Below, in pieces: positions 27,361-36,903 of a stretch of DNA of 64,000 nucleotides. How positions within the stretch are numbered: the first letter of the stretch is position 1; the number at the start of each line of letters is the position of its first letter. A program made the translations under genes and the position numbers. The notes under the pieces are model-generated. The model made no database searches and was not told the DNA's origin. It saw nothing but the letters and a program-made list of their open reading frames with translations. Origin of the DNA: Bryobacteraceae bacterium (GTDB taxonomy: Bacteria; Acidobacteriota; Terriglobia; Bryobacterales; Bryobacteraceae); assembly GCA_033763835.1 (NCBI GenBank), contig JANRJS010000022.1:37108-101107 (forward strand), read 5' to 3'.

Positions 27361-28779
27361 ATGCTGACGCTCGCGATTCAGGTGGCGGCCATCGCCGCTC
27401 AAGTGGATCGAAGCCTCGGCGAAGGCAACCGCTTCCAGGAGCGGCGGCTTTTCCCCGAGGCCGACTCCATTTACAGCCAAGCCATTACGGCAGCCCGTGT
27501 GTTGGGCGACTCCTGGCATCTGGTGGCGATGGGCTACAACAATCGCGGGGCGCTGCGCTACCGCGCGGGCGATTTTCATGCGGCGGGCGAGGATTACGAC
27601 GCGGCCATCGCCGCCTGGGAACGTCTGGACCGTCCCAAGGACCTGGCGGCCCTGCTCAGCAATCGCGCCGAACTCGAACACGCGCGCGGGCGGGATGCCG
27701 AAGCGTTGGGATACGCGGAGCGCGCCATCGAAATCCAGCGCCGCAACAACATGCGCACGGCCGCCAGCGAAGCCATCTGCGGCAACATTCTGCGATCGCT
27801 CGGCCGTTACCGCGATTCGCTCGCCGCTTACGACCGCGCCGCCGCTCTGGCGAAAGATCGCGTTCAAACTGCTTTCGTTTTGTCTTCGAGAACGGACCTA
27901 CTGCTCGCCATGGGCTTACTCGACGAGGCGGCGACCGGGGCGGACCGGGCGGTAGAAGCCGCCCTAGCGGCTCACGGCCGCGAAGACGCCCGTTACGGCA
28001 ACGCCATCCACCAACGGGCGAGAGTGGCGCGGGCACAGGGCGATCTTCCGCAAACCGAACGTTCCCTGCGCCAGTCGCTAGCCGTTTTCGAGCGCGCTCT
28101 GCCCGAAGGTCACCCGCGTCTGGTACCGGTGCTCGCCGAACTCGCGGGCGTGCTGAGCGAGCGCACCCGGCACTCCGAAGCGAATCGCTTCTTCTTACGC
28201 GCCGAACAGATGGCGCAAGTTGCGCTTGGGGAAGGTCATCCCGATTTCGCGGCCTTACAGTTAACCGGCGGCGATCTCGCCCGCGCCCGCCGGGACCTCG
28301 ACGAGGCGGAACGCCGGTTTCGTCTCGCGCTCGCCCTCGCCGAAAAATCCATTGGCCGGAACCAAGCCCGTTTTGCCTCCTATCCGAATAGTCTCGGCGC
28401 CATCCTGATGGATCGCCAAAATCCGCGTGAAGCGGAAGCCGCGTTTCGCCAGTCGGTGGAACTGCGCGATCGCTTACTCGGTCCCATGAATCACGGCAAC
28501 GCCGAGCCGCTGTTGAACCTCGCCTCCGCGCAGTTCGAGCTAGGCCGCTATGCCGAAGCGCGGCTGGCGATCGAACGCTCTCTCTCCATTCGCCAACAGG
28601 CTTACGGCGATTCACACCCGTCGCTCATCCCCGCCTTGCGCGCTTATGCGAATGTGCTCGAGAAGACGGGCGAGAGGAAGCGCGCCAAAGAGCTTCACGC
28701 CCGCGCCGGCATGCTTTCGCTTGACCGGCCGGAAGCGCGCCACACGGTCGATTGGAAGACGCTGCGCACGTTTCGTTGA
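27361..28779 (+). CDS. tetratricopeptide repeat protein
   Basis: Repeated TPR-like ~40-aa units (...LNNRGALRYRAGDFHAAGEDYDAAI..., ...LASAQFELGRYAEARLAIERSLSIRQQ...). No catalytic domain recognised. Confidence 0.7.
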   Translation: MLTLAIQVAAIAAQVDRSLGEGNRFQERRLFPEADSIYSQAITAARVLGDSWHLVAMGYNNRGALRYRAGDFHAAGEDYDAAIAAWERLDRPKDLAALLSNRAELEHARGRDAEALGYAERAIEIQRRNNMRTAASEAICGNILRSLGRYRDSLAAYDRAAALAKDRVQTAFVLSSRTDLLLAMGLLDEAATGADRAVEAALAAHGREDARYGNAIHQRARVARAQGDLPQTERSLRQSLAVFERALPEGHPRLVPVLAELAGVLSERTRHSEANRFFLRAEQMAQVALGEGHPDFAALQLTGGDLARARRDLDEAERRFRLALALAEKSIGRNQARFASYPNSLGAILMDRQNPREAEAAFRQSVELRDRLLGPMNHGNAEPLLNLASAQFELGRYAEARLAIERSLSIRQQAYGDSHPSLIPALRAYANVLEKTGERKRAKELHARAGMLSLDRPEARHTVDWKTLRTFR

Positions 28780-28853
28780 GCTTCGCCCCGCTCCGGTCGC
28801 GTTTCGCCCCGCTAGTCCGCCGGGCAACCCGCCGCGGTTGGAGAATAGTGAGG

Positions 28854-29936
28854 ATGGACGGTCATACCCCGCGTTGGGCGAAGATCTGGTTACTGTGGAC
28901 GCTCTTCGGACTCATCACCGCCGTTCAGACCCACTACCGCGCGGAACTCAATAACTATCCGTTCTCCTGGTGGCAGGCGATCGCCGCCGAAGTGAGTTTT
29001 GCCTGGATTTGGGCCGCGCTGACGCCGCTAGTGCTGTGGCTGGCCAGCCGTTATCCGGTGCATCGCCCGCACTGGTGGCGCAATCTCTCGTTCCATCTCG
29101 CCGCCGCTCTTGCGCTGGGCATCGCGAGCAAGGCCATCTGGAACTGGACGATGCTGCCGTTGCTGTTCCCCGCCAAGCAGATTGGCGGTCTCGCCGACGT
29201 GCTGCGCATGGCGCTGCTCTCGCTCGATTACGGCGTTCTCCAGTATGGAATCGTACTGCTATCGCAGCTGGCGGGCGAGTATTTCCGCCGCGCCGAGCGG
29301 GATCGCCTTCGGGCGTCGCAACTCGAAACTGCGCTGGCGCGGGCGCAACTACAAGCGCTCAAAATGCAGTTGCACCCTCACTTTCTGTTCAATACACTCA
29401 ACACGATTAGCGAACTTGTGCATAGCGATCCGCGTACGGCGGAGCGCATGGTGATCCGCCTCAGCGACTTTCTGCGCCTGACTCTCGAGCATATGGGCGT
29501 ACCGGAAGTGCCGCTCATGATCGAGATCGATTTTCTAAAGCGCTACCTGGAGATCGAACAAATGCGCTTCGAAGAGCGTCTACAAGTGAGTTGGGACCTG
29601 CAGCCCGCTTCGCTGCACGGGCGTGTCCCGAACTTGATCCTGCAGCCGATTGTGGAAAACGCTTTGAAACACGGCCTGTCGCGCATCTCGGGTACCGGGA
29701 AACTCGATATTCGCGCCACTACGGGCGGCGGGCGGCTGTTGATGAAAGTGCGGGACAACGGACCGGGGCTTCCCGATATCGCCCCGGTGCAGGTGCGCGA
29801 AGGTGTGGGCATCGGGAACACCAGAAGGCGGCTAGCGCAAGTGTACGGAAGCGATCACATTCTTTCGTTCTCGAATCTCGCGGGCGGCGGTTTCGAGGTG
29901 ACCATTGAAGTGCCGCTACGTCTAAGTCCGGCATGA
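28854..29936 (+). CDS. LytS/YehU-type sensor histidine kinase
   Basis: Multi-TM N-terminus, His_kinase block LKMQLHPHFLFNTLNTISELV, HATPase_c (ILQPIVENALKHG...DNGPG). ATG at 28854. Confidence 0.85.
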   Translation: MDGHTPRWAKIWLLWTLFGLITAVQTHYRAELNNYPFSWWQAIAAEVSFAWIWAALTPLVLWLASRYPVHRPHWWRNLSFHLAAALALGIASKAIWNWTMLPLLFPAKQIGGLADVLRMALLSLDYGVLQYGIVLLSQLAGEYFRRAERDRLRASQLETALARAQLQALKMQLHPHFLFNTLNTISELVHSDPRTAERMVIRLSDFLRLTLEHMGVPEVPLMIEIDFLKRYLEIEQMRFEERLQVSWDLQPASLHGRVPNLILQPIVENALKHGLSRISGTGKLDIRATTGGGRLLMKVRDNGPGLPDIAPVQVREGVGIGNTRRRLAQVYGSDHILSFSNLAGGGFEVTIEVPLRLSPA

Positions 29937-29958
29937 GCGCAAAACGGGGTATGGGGAA

Positions 29959-30690
29959 ATGCCAATCGAAACCTTAATCGTGGACGACGAACGGCTGGCG
30001 CGGCAGCGCTTGCGGCGGCTGCTGGAGACGCAGCCCGATATCGCCATCGCGGGCGAATGCGCAAGCGGCCCCGAAGCGGCGGACTTTCTCGACCAACGCC
30101 CCGTCGATCTGCTGTTCCTCGATATCCAGATGCCCGAAATGGATGGGTTCGCGTTTCTCGAATCTCGGATCGCGCAGAAGAGCCCAGTGGTGGTGTTCGT
30201 TACCGCGCACGACGAGCATGCCGTCCGTGCGTTCGAGGTCAGCGCGCTCGACTATCTTCTGAAGCCGTTCGACGAAGAGCGGCTCGACCGCTGTTTACAG
30301 CGAATCCGCGCGCATTTCGAGGTGCAGCGCAGCGCGGGCATCGCCGGTCCGAACAAACCGCGCCCCAACCGGCTGGCCGTGCGTTCCTCGGGCAAGGTGT
30401 TTTTCGTTCGCATGGACGACATCGATTGGGTGGAGGCCGCCGACAACTACATCGTGCTCCACCTGGGCGGCGAAACGCACATTCTGCGCGAGACGATGAA
30501 TTCGATTCAATCGCGTCTCGACCCACGCAAGTTCATTCGCGTCCACCGCTCGCGCATCGTCAATGTGGAGCGCATCAAGGAGCTGCAACCTTGGTTTCAC
30601 GGCGAGTACATGATCGTACTCAACGACGGCACTCAGTTAACGCTCAGCCGCAACTATCGCGAAAAGCTCATGGAGTTCATGGCGAGCTAA
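29959..30690 (+). CDS. LytR/AlgR-family response regulator (REC + LytTR)
   Basis: REC domain (IVDDE...DLLFLDIQMPEMDG) and LytTR DNA-binding domain (WVEAADNYIVLHL...FIRVHRSRIVN). Confidence 0.9.
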   Translation: MPIETLIVDDERLARQRLRRLLETQPDIAIAGECASGPEAADFLDQRPVDLLFLDIQMPEMDGFAFLESRIAQKSPVVVFVTAHDEHAVRAFEVSALDYLLKPFDEERLDRCLQRIRAHFEVQRSAGIAGPNKPRPNRLAVRSSGKVFFVRMDDIDWVEAADNYIVLHLGGETHILRETMNSIQSRLDPRKFIRVHRSRIVNVERIKELQPWFHGEYMIVLNDGTQLTLSRNYREKLMEFMAS

Positions 30691-30699
30691 GCCGCCCAG

Positions 30700-31266
30700 C
30701 TACGCCATCGCCCGAGCGCGTTCCAGCGCTGTTCTCACGTTCGTCTGCGCGGTGAGCGCCAGAATCTTCGAATCGTAGTTTGGATCGGTAGCGTAGGGCG
30801 GCTGCCCGTCCCCGCCCTTCAGATCTTTCAGTAGCTGCGGCAGACTCTTGTGCTGCTGATAGCGCGCGAATCTTGGCGCGAAGAACTTGCCCTTGACGAT
30901 CAACGCCGTGTAAGCGAGAAACGCTTCGTCAAGCGTCGCGAAAGCCGCGAACCGGTCTACCAGCATCACCTTGTGCTTGCCGTTGACCAACGGGTCCACC
31001 CGCCGAATTTCGATGCCTTTGGCTTGCACGCTCGCCAGTTGTTGCGGCGTCAAGAACTCCGTGGTGAGAACCGGCGTCGAATCCCGCCCCGCCCGAGCCT
31101 TGATCCCGAATGGATTGTTGCCCGGCGCTTTTTCGAGCCAGCCCGATTCGAGAATGCACTGCGCGCAGCACAACTCGGCGGGCACTCCGGCGGCGCGCTC
31201 GGCGGCCACGGAGGCTCGGGCGATCTTTTCGAGGTTCAAAGCGCGCTGTTCCGGTGTGAGAGGCAT
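30700..31266 (-). CDS. glucosaminidase (GH73 / FlgJ-like) domain protein
   Basis: Block CAQCILESGWLEKAPGNNPFGIKA is typical of mannosyl-glycoprotein endo-beta-N-acetylglucosaminidase domains. Confidence 0.7.
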   Translation of the reverse strand: MPLTPEQRALNLEKIARASVAAERAAGVPAELCCAQCILESGWLEKAPGNNPFGIKARAGRDSTPVLTTEFLTPQQLASVQAKGIEIRRVDPLVNGKHKVMLVDRFAAFATLDEAFLAYTALIVKGKFFAPRFARYQQHKSLPQLLKDLKGGDGQPPYATDPNYDSKILALTAQTNVRTALERARAMA

Positions 31267-31333
31267 CGGCGGTCATCCTATCCAAGCCGGGACTGTCACA
31301 AAGATTTCACGGAGTCCCGGCTATAGTTGGTGC

Positions 31334-32884
31334 ATGAGCGGAGCGATCCGTTTCGTCGCTCACTTTGCGTGGTGCGCCGCCGCGTACGCGCAAGCGTCGG
31401 GTACGGGGGTGATGTCCGGTCGAGTCCTGGACGCCGTAACCGGCGAGCCGATCCGCAAAGTTGCCGTACAGTCTTACCTCGGATCGTCTTACGCCACCTC
31501 CATCACGAACGAGCGCGGCGAGTTCCGTCTGGAAGGACTTCCGGCCGGCAGCTATCGCGTTCTGGCAACGAAGCCCGGCTACATCAATAGCGCGTATGGA
31601 ACGGAGCGCAACACCCAGCCGGGCACCTACGTCAAGCTCGCGGCGGGCGAACAGAATCCAAACATCAACTTCCGGCTGACTCCCGCAGGTGCGGTGTCGG
31701 GATCCATCGTCGACTCCGATGGCGAGCCCGTGGCACAGGCCCGAGTAGTGTTGATACGCGAAGTTTGGCGCCGGGGGCGTTGGCAGTTCCAGATGGCGAA
31801 CCAAGCCACCACGGACGAGCGCGGCGAGTACCGGATGTTTTTCGTACCCCCGGGCCGATATGTGCTCGAAGCGGCGGCGGCTTTCGGCTCGCGAATAGGC
31901 AAGACAGCGCGGCTGGCCGCTTACTATCCACGCGCTTCTACGCTCGAACGCGCCGAGCGCTTGACGATCGCCCCCGGCAAAGAGCTTTCCGGACTGAAAA
32001 TCTGGACCGAGATCGCGCCCACGGCTTCCATTCGCGCGCGAGTGGAGGGAGCGCCGGAAGGCGTTGACCCCCATGTCTCCCTGCGGGCGACGGCCAACGA
32101 AATTACTCGAATGAGCTGGTCGAGCACCAGTTCGTACCAAGGCTTATATCGGTTCGAAGAGATCCCGTCCGGTCCCTACGAGGTTTGGGCGACGGCGGGC
32201 AAGCTGCTTGCGGTCGAAAAGCTTACGCTTGCCCCGGGAGCGGATCGCGAGTTGACGCTCCGCCTGAAGCCGTTTCTCGAAATGAACGGCGAAGTCGTCG
32301 TCGAAGGTCCGGGCGCGGAGAAGTTTCGGAATTTCAAAGTGACGCTGACGCGGCCCACGTTTCGCGGCGGCCCAGCGCCGACGGCCGCCGCCGATCCGGC
32401 GACGCTCAAGTTCAAATTCACCGGACTCGAACCGGGGGTCTGGGACATCGGCGTCAACGTCCCGCCGAATGGCTACTTGAAATCGATGACGCTCGGCGAT
32501 CTCGACGTTTTGAACGAAGAGATGGAACTGAACGAATCGCCCGATGCGCCGCTCAAAATCGTCGTCGGCACCGATGGTGCGCAACTCACCGTCGAGATGG
32601 AAAACGCGCTACCGGCCATTGCGCTCATCGCTCCCACAGGCAAGCTACGCGACATCGAGAGCCACCGGCGATTCCTCTACACGGACGCCGACGGCAAGAT
32701 TCCGGTTCGAGGAATGCCCCCCGGCGAGTATCGCGTTTGGGCGTTCGAGGACGTGGACGCCTCGCAGCTTTCGCCCGAGTTCCTCGACCGGCACGAGAAA
32801 TTCGCCACAACCGTACGGTTGGCCGCCGGGCAGTCCGCCGTGGTGAAGGTGAAGCGGATCGAATCGGCAGGAGGCGCACAATGA
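31334..32884 (+). CDS. carboxypeptidase-regulatory-like domain protein (secreted, multi-repeat)
   Basis: ATG 31334. Signal peptide, then repeated CarboxypepD_reg-like units (GRVLDAVTGEPI...NERGEFRLEGLPAGSYRV; GSIVDSDGEPV...DERGEYRMFFVPPGRYVL). The upstream part of the track ORF is antisense to the previous gene. Confidence 0.75.
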   Translation: MSGAIRFVAHFAWCAAAYAQASGTGVMSGRVLDAVTGEPIRKVAVQSYLGSSYATSITNERGEFRLEGLPAGSYRVLATKPGYINSAYGTERNTQPGTYVKLAAGEQNPNINFRLTPAGAVSGSIVDSDGEPVAQARVVLIREVWRRGRWQFQMANQATTDERGEYRMFFVPPGRYVLEAAAAFGSRIGKTARLAAYYPRASTLERAERLTIAPGKELSGLKIWTEIAPTASIRARVEGAPEGVDPHVSLRATANEITRMSWSSTSSYQGLYRFEEIPSGPYEVWATAGKLLAVEKLTLAPGADRELTLRLKPFLEMNGEVVVEGPGAEKFRNFKVTLTRPTFRGGPAPTAAADPATLKFKFTGLEPGVWDIGVNVPPNGYLKSMTLGDLDVLNEEMELNESPDAPLKIVVGTDGAQLTVEMENALPAIALIAPTGKLRDIESHRRFLYTDADGKIPVRGMPPGEYRVWAFEDVDASQLSPEFLDRHEKFATTVRLAAGQSAVVKVKRIESAGGAQ

Positions 32885-34503
32885 CGGCTCTCGCCGCACT
32901 GCTGCTGGCGCAATCCGCCGCGCAGGGAGAACGGGTGGCTCTGGAAGGGACGGTAGTGGACGCGCTCACCGGGCAGCCGGTAAAGGGCGCCATGGTCCAA
33001 GTCCGGCCGATACCTTTCCGACCGAATTGGCCTCCCGATTCGCAAGCGACGACCGACGCTTCGGGCAAGTTCCGAATCGAGAATCTGATCCCCGGACGCA
33101 TCGGCGTCTTCGCCCGTCACGACCGCTATCCGCCGATCCTTGAGCATCCGCCCAAGACCGAGGAGATCATAACGCTCGAATCGGGCGGGACGAAGGACTA
33201 CCGGCTTAAGATCGTGCCCGGAGCCGCGATTTCGGGGCGAGTGGTCGATGAGGATGGCGAGCCGATGCCGTTCGCCTATGTGGATGTGGTCGGCGAAAAC
33301 GACGACCCGGAACGGTCCCGCCCGTATGGGCAATCGCCGGTGAACGACCGGGGCGAGTTTCGTATCGCCAACGTTCCCGCGGGCCGCTACCGGTTGCGCG
33401 TCCGCACCAACCGGCCCCCGCTTCGGAACCGTCCTTTCGCGCCGCGCGAGGCGGACGCCGATTTCGCCTCGCTGGTTTATCCGATGGCCTACCATCCGCC
33501 GCAACCGCCGGGTGGCAAAGCGCAATCGATCGAGGTTCAGCCGGGCATGCAATTGACAGGGATCGAGATCCGGCTGACCGTCGAGCGGGCGGTTCCTGTA
33601 TCGGGTCAAGTGACCGGCTACCGCGCCCCCGCGAATGGTCCGGGATTGTCGCTCACGTTACGTCGAAAAGGCGCGCCCACCGACGCGTACTTCACCTACT
33701 CGCAGGCGGACGGCAAGTTCCGCTTTTCCGGCGTGCGCCCTGGAAGTTACGACCTCACCGCGACGTCCCAGCAGACAATGACGCTCACCCACTTCTCGCG
33801 GCAAGACCTGGAAGTCGGCGACAAACCGCTCAAGGACGTTTCGATCGAGGCCAAGCCTACTTTCGAGATTGCGGGCACCGTTGAGGATCCGAAGATCCCT
33901 GGGCTGCCTCTTCAGAAGATGGGCTTTATGCAGATTAGCTTGAATCCGATCGACGCTCCGCCCGGCGTTCCTCACGTGAACTCGGCTGTCTTGCCCGGCG
34001 GGAACTTTACGCTGACCGGCGTGGTCGGCGGAGTGTTGTACAAACTCAGCGGCCCCTTCCCATACGTCGCGCGGGCGCGGATCGGCAATCGCGAAAGCGA
34101 AGGCGACGTCATCCGATTCGACTCGCCAGGCCAGTTGACGATCGTGCCCGGGGTCTTGCCGGCATCGGCGAATCTCACGACTACGACGCCCGCTCCGGAA
34201 ACCGGTCTCTCGCTGGTCTTGCAGCCGCTCGACGAGCGGGAGAAGCACCCGCGCCACTGGGTGTATCTCACCTACTCACAGCCCAACTTGCGCACCATCC
34301 AAGCCGCGCCCGGGCGCTACCGGGTCGTCGCGGTCGAGGGGCAACTGTTTCCTTACAACGTCCCGCCGGATCAGATGTTCGAACTCGTGAAATCGCGCGG
34401 CCAAGAGGTAGAATTCCGCGTTGGCGCGGCGGCTCCGCAACTGACGCTCACGCCGTTCACCCGCGCCGAGCGGGAAGAGATCGAGAAAAAGCTACGGCAG
34501 TAA
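32881..34503 (+). CDS. carboxypeptidase-regulatory-like domain protein (paralog of previous)
   Basis: ATGA overlap with the previous gene. Signal peptide plus repeated units (GTVVDALTGQPV...DASGKFRIENLIPGRIGV; GRVVDEDGEPM...NDRGEFRIANVPAGRYRL). Confidence 0.75.
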   Translation: MTALAALLLAQSAAQGERVALEGTVVDALTGQPVKGAMVQVRPIPFRPNWPPDSQATTDASGKFRIENLIPGRIGVFARHDRYPPILEHPPKTEEIITLESGGTKDYRLKIVPGAAISGRVVDEDGEPMPFAYVDVVGENDDPERSRPYGQSPVNDRGEFRIANVPAGRYRLRVRTNRPPLRNRPFAPREADADFASLVYPMAYHPPQPPGGKAQSIEVQPGMQLTGIEIRLTVERAVPVSGQVTGYRAPANGPGLSLTLRRKGAPTDAYFTYSQADGKFRFSGVRPGSYDLTATSQQTMTLTHFSRQDLEVGDKPLKDVSIEAKPTFEIAGTVEDPKIPGLPLQKMGFMQISLNPIDAPPGVPHVNSAVLPGGNFTLTGVVGGVLYKLSGPFPYVARARIGNRESEGDVIRFDSPGQLTIVPGVLPASANLTTTTPAPETGLSLVLQPLDEREKHPRHWVYLTYSQPNLRTIQAAPGRYRVVAVEGQLFPYNVPPDQMFELVKSRGQEVEFRVGAAAPQLTLTPFTRAEREEIEKKLRQ

Positions 34504-34504
34504 T

Positions 34505-34591
34505 TGGTGCGGATGGGGAGGGTCGAACTCCCATGGCCTTGCGGCCGCTGGAACCTAAATCCAGTGCGTCTGCCAGTTCCGCCACATCCGC
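34505..34591 (-). tRNA. tRNA-Leu (anticodon UAG), 87 nt, CCA encoded
   Basis: Reverse complement reads GCGGATG TG GCGG AACTGGCAGA CGCA CTGGA TTTAGGT TCCAG + long variable arm + GGGAGTTCGACCCTCCC CATCCGC A CCA. The 7-bp acceptor and TPsiC arm pair perfectly. The anticodon loop is UU-UAG-GU. Confidence 0.9.
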
Positions 34592-34613
34592 GCGGGATCC
34601 TCGCTTCTTTAGT

Positions 34614-35297
34614 TTACCGGGAATTCGACGCCGCTACCGGTTGGGGAAACCGAGTCAATCCCGCCGAAAGCGCCAACTGCGTCAAGCCGGCTACGTTGTT
34701 GACGTTCAGCTTCTTCATCATCGTCTTGCGGTAGCTGCGAACGGTCTGCAAACCCAAATCGAGCATGACGGCGATTTCCTTGCTCGTCTTGCCTTCGGCC
34801 ACCAAACGCAGCACCTGCAACTCGCGCGGCGAAAGTTCGTCGATCAGCGCCTGCGCGGGTCGCAATTCGAGATCGCCCCGCTGAATCCGGTGCAGCAGGC
34901 GGTCGGAAACTTGCGGACTCAAGTAACTGCCACCCTTCGCCACCGCCCGCAGCGCCTCGATGAGATCGGTATCGGACGCTTTCTTGAGTACGAACGCCCT
35001 CGCTCCGGAGCGGATCGCGCCCACCACCGAATGCTCATCGTCGTACATCGAAAGCACCAGCACCTTGGTTTCCGGCACGTGGCGAAGCACTTCGATCGTC
35101 GCCTCAATGCCATTGATGCCGGGTATCGCGACATCCATGATCACAATGTCCGGCTTCAATTTGCGCACCATTTGGACCGCTTCCGAACCGGTCTCGCACT
35201 CGCCAATCACATGAAACTCGTCTTGAGTCTTGAGGATGGCTTTCAGACCGTCCCGGAGAATCTTGTGGTCGTCGACAATCAGGATGCGGGCGGGCAT
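34614..35297 (-). CDS. NarL/FixJ-family response regulator (REC + LuxR HTH)
   Basis: ILIVDDH...DIVIMDVAIPGING REC domain. C-terminal LSPRELQVLRLVAEGKTSKEIA...TVRSYRKTMMKKL. Confidence 0.9.
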   Translation of the reverse strand: MPARILIVDDHKILRDGLKAILKTQDEFHVIGECETGSEAVQMVRKLKPDIVIMDVAIPGINGIEATIEVLRHVPETKVLVLSMYDDEHSVVGAIRSGARAFVLKKASDTDLIEALRAVAKGGSYLSPQVSDRLLHRIQRGDLELRPAQALIDELSPRELQVLRLVAEGKTSKEIAVMLDLGLQTVRSYRKTMMKKLNVNNVAGLTQLALSAGLTRFPQPVAASNSR

Positions 35298-35935
35298 GCG
35301 TGAGATATATCTCGGGCGAATACGATTGTACCCGCCCCTTTCGTGGAGTCCAAGCGAAATTCGAGATTCGCTTTCTCCGCGGAGTACCGCATTAGGGAGA
35401 GTCCTAGGCCCGGTTCGACGGCGGCCGGATCGAACCCGCGCCCATCGTCGCGAACCTCCAGTACCAATCCGCGACCGGTACTTCGCAAGAGAACCTCGAC
35501 CTTGCGGGCGCTCGCGTGGCGAATCGCGTTATCGAGCGCCAGCCGCGTAATCCGGTGGAACGCACGGGCGGCTGTGGGGGCAACATGCAACCGGCTTTCC
35601 TGCATCAAGCGAACCACCGGCCCGCCCTCGCGCCGGAACGCCGCCACCAAGCGCTCGAGCGCGATTGGCAAACCGACGCGATTGAGAGCGCTCGGCGGCA
35701 AGCTTTGGCTCAGCGCTCGGACTTGCCCCAATACGTCTTCGAAAAGCCGTTGCACGTTGACGACTTCGCCGGCCAATTCGGGTTGGTCCCGGTGGCGGAG
35801 GCGCAACGCTTCCAGTTCCAGCCCCGCCGCGGTCAGAGTCTGCGAAATTTCGTCGTGGAGCGTCCGCTCCACTTCCGACGTTTCGTCTTCGCGCTCCTCG
35901 ATTAACGCGAATACGACAGCGGTGAGGTCGCGCAA
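35279..35935 (-). CDS. histidine kinase core only (HisKA_3 + HATPase_c, no sensor domain)
   Basis: H-box ERTLHDEISQTL begins ~25 aa from the (TTG) start. C-terminal ATPase blocks (LDNAIRHA..., DDGRGF, GLGL). Overlaps the RR gene by 19 nt. Confidence 0.75.
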   Translation of the reverse strand: MRDLTAVVFALIEEREDETSEVERTLHDEISQTLTAAGLELEALRLRHRDQPELAGEVVNVQRLFEDVLGQVRALSQSLPPSALNRVGLPIALERLVAAFRREGGPVVRLMQESRLHVAPTAARAFHRITRLALDNAIRHASARKVEVLLRSTGRGLVLEVRDDGRGFDPAAVEPGLGLSLMRYSAEKANLEFRLDSTKGAGTIVFARDISHACPPAS

Positions 35936-35940
35936 GGAAA

Positions 35941-36903
35941 TTACCGTTTCTTACGAGCGACAGCCCGGCGCGCCGCCTCGGCGACGTTCGCCGCGCGCAA
36001 TCCGTACTTGTCGAGCAACCCATCCGGCGTTCCCGATTCTGCGTAGCGATTGTCGATCCCGACGAATTCCATAACTGCGGGGTGCGTTTCGGCGACAACC
36101 TGCGCGACGCGCACGCCGAGTCCGCTATCGACAAGATGCTCTTCGGAAACGACGATCGCGCCCGTCTCCGCCGCCCGGCGAATCGCCTCGCGATCGAGCG
36201 GCTTGATTGTATGTACGTCCACCACGCGCGCCGAAATTCCCTCGCCTTCGAGAATCTCAGCCGCCTTGATCGATTCGGCGACCAACAGTCCGGTGGCGAG
36301 CAGGGCGACATCCGTCCCTTCCACCAGCTCGACGGCCTTTCCGATCTCAAACTTCGCGCCCGGCTGGTAGATCACCGGCGCTTTCGCGCGCCCCGCGCGC
36401 ACAAACACGGGCGACGGCAGAGCGGCGGCCTGTTTCAAAAGCTCCGACATCGAAACCTCGTCGGCGGGCGAGACGACGACAAAGCCGGCCAGCGAACAGG
36501 CGAGCGACAAATCTTCGATCGACATTTGCGACGGCCCGTCTTCGCCGATCGAGATTCCGGAGTGCGTCCCGACTACTTTGAGCGGAACGTTGGGATAGGC
36601 GGCGGTGACGCGGAGTTGCTCGAATCCCTTATTGAGCACGAACGCCGAAAAGCTGGACACAAACGCCGTCTTCCCCGACGACGCGAGTCCCGCGCCCAGC
36701 GCGACCATGTTCGCCTCCGCGATTCCGCACGAGAAGAACCGTTCCGGGAACTCTTTCGCGAATAAGTGCGTGTAGGTGGACTTCGAAAGGTCCGCGTCGC
36801 AAACGACGACATCTTGGTTCGCGCGGCCCAATTCCACCAGCGTCTTGCCGAACGCCTCGCGCGTCGCGGGACCCAACTTCAACTCGAACTTCGTTTTCGC
36901 CAT
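35941..36903 (-). CDS. transketolase, C-terminal (pyrimidine-binding) subunit
   Basis: 320 aa with blocks FFSCGIAEANMV and HSGISIGEDGPSQ. TAATG junction with the N-terminal subunit gene. Confidence 0.9.
   Translation of the reverse strand: MAKTKFELKLGPATREAFGKTLVELGRANQDVVVCDADLSKSTYTHLFAKEFPERFFSCGIAEANMVALGAGLASSGKTAFVSSFSAFVLNKGFEQLRVTAAYPNVPLKVVGTHSGISIGEDGPSQMSIEDLSLACSLAGFVVVSPADEVSMSELLKQAAALPSPVFVRAGRAKAPVIYQPGAKFEIGKAVELVEGTDVALLATGLLVAESIKAAEILEGEGISARVVDVHTIKPLDREAIRRAAETGAIVVSEEHLVDSGLGVRVAQVVAETHPAVMEFVGIDNRYAESGTPDGLLDKYGLRAANVAEAARRAVARKKR

Noticed and set aside
27253-27867. Upstream extension of the DUF1385 ORF (track 26260-27867)
   Set aside because: DUF1385 similarity begins at the ATG at 27252. 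The extension is antisense to the TPR gene and has no signature.
34505-34591. tRNA-Leu as the attachment site of an integrated element
   Set aside because: No integrase, no direct repeat of the tRNA 3' end and no compositional shift were seen on either side.
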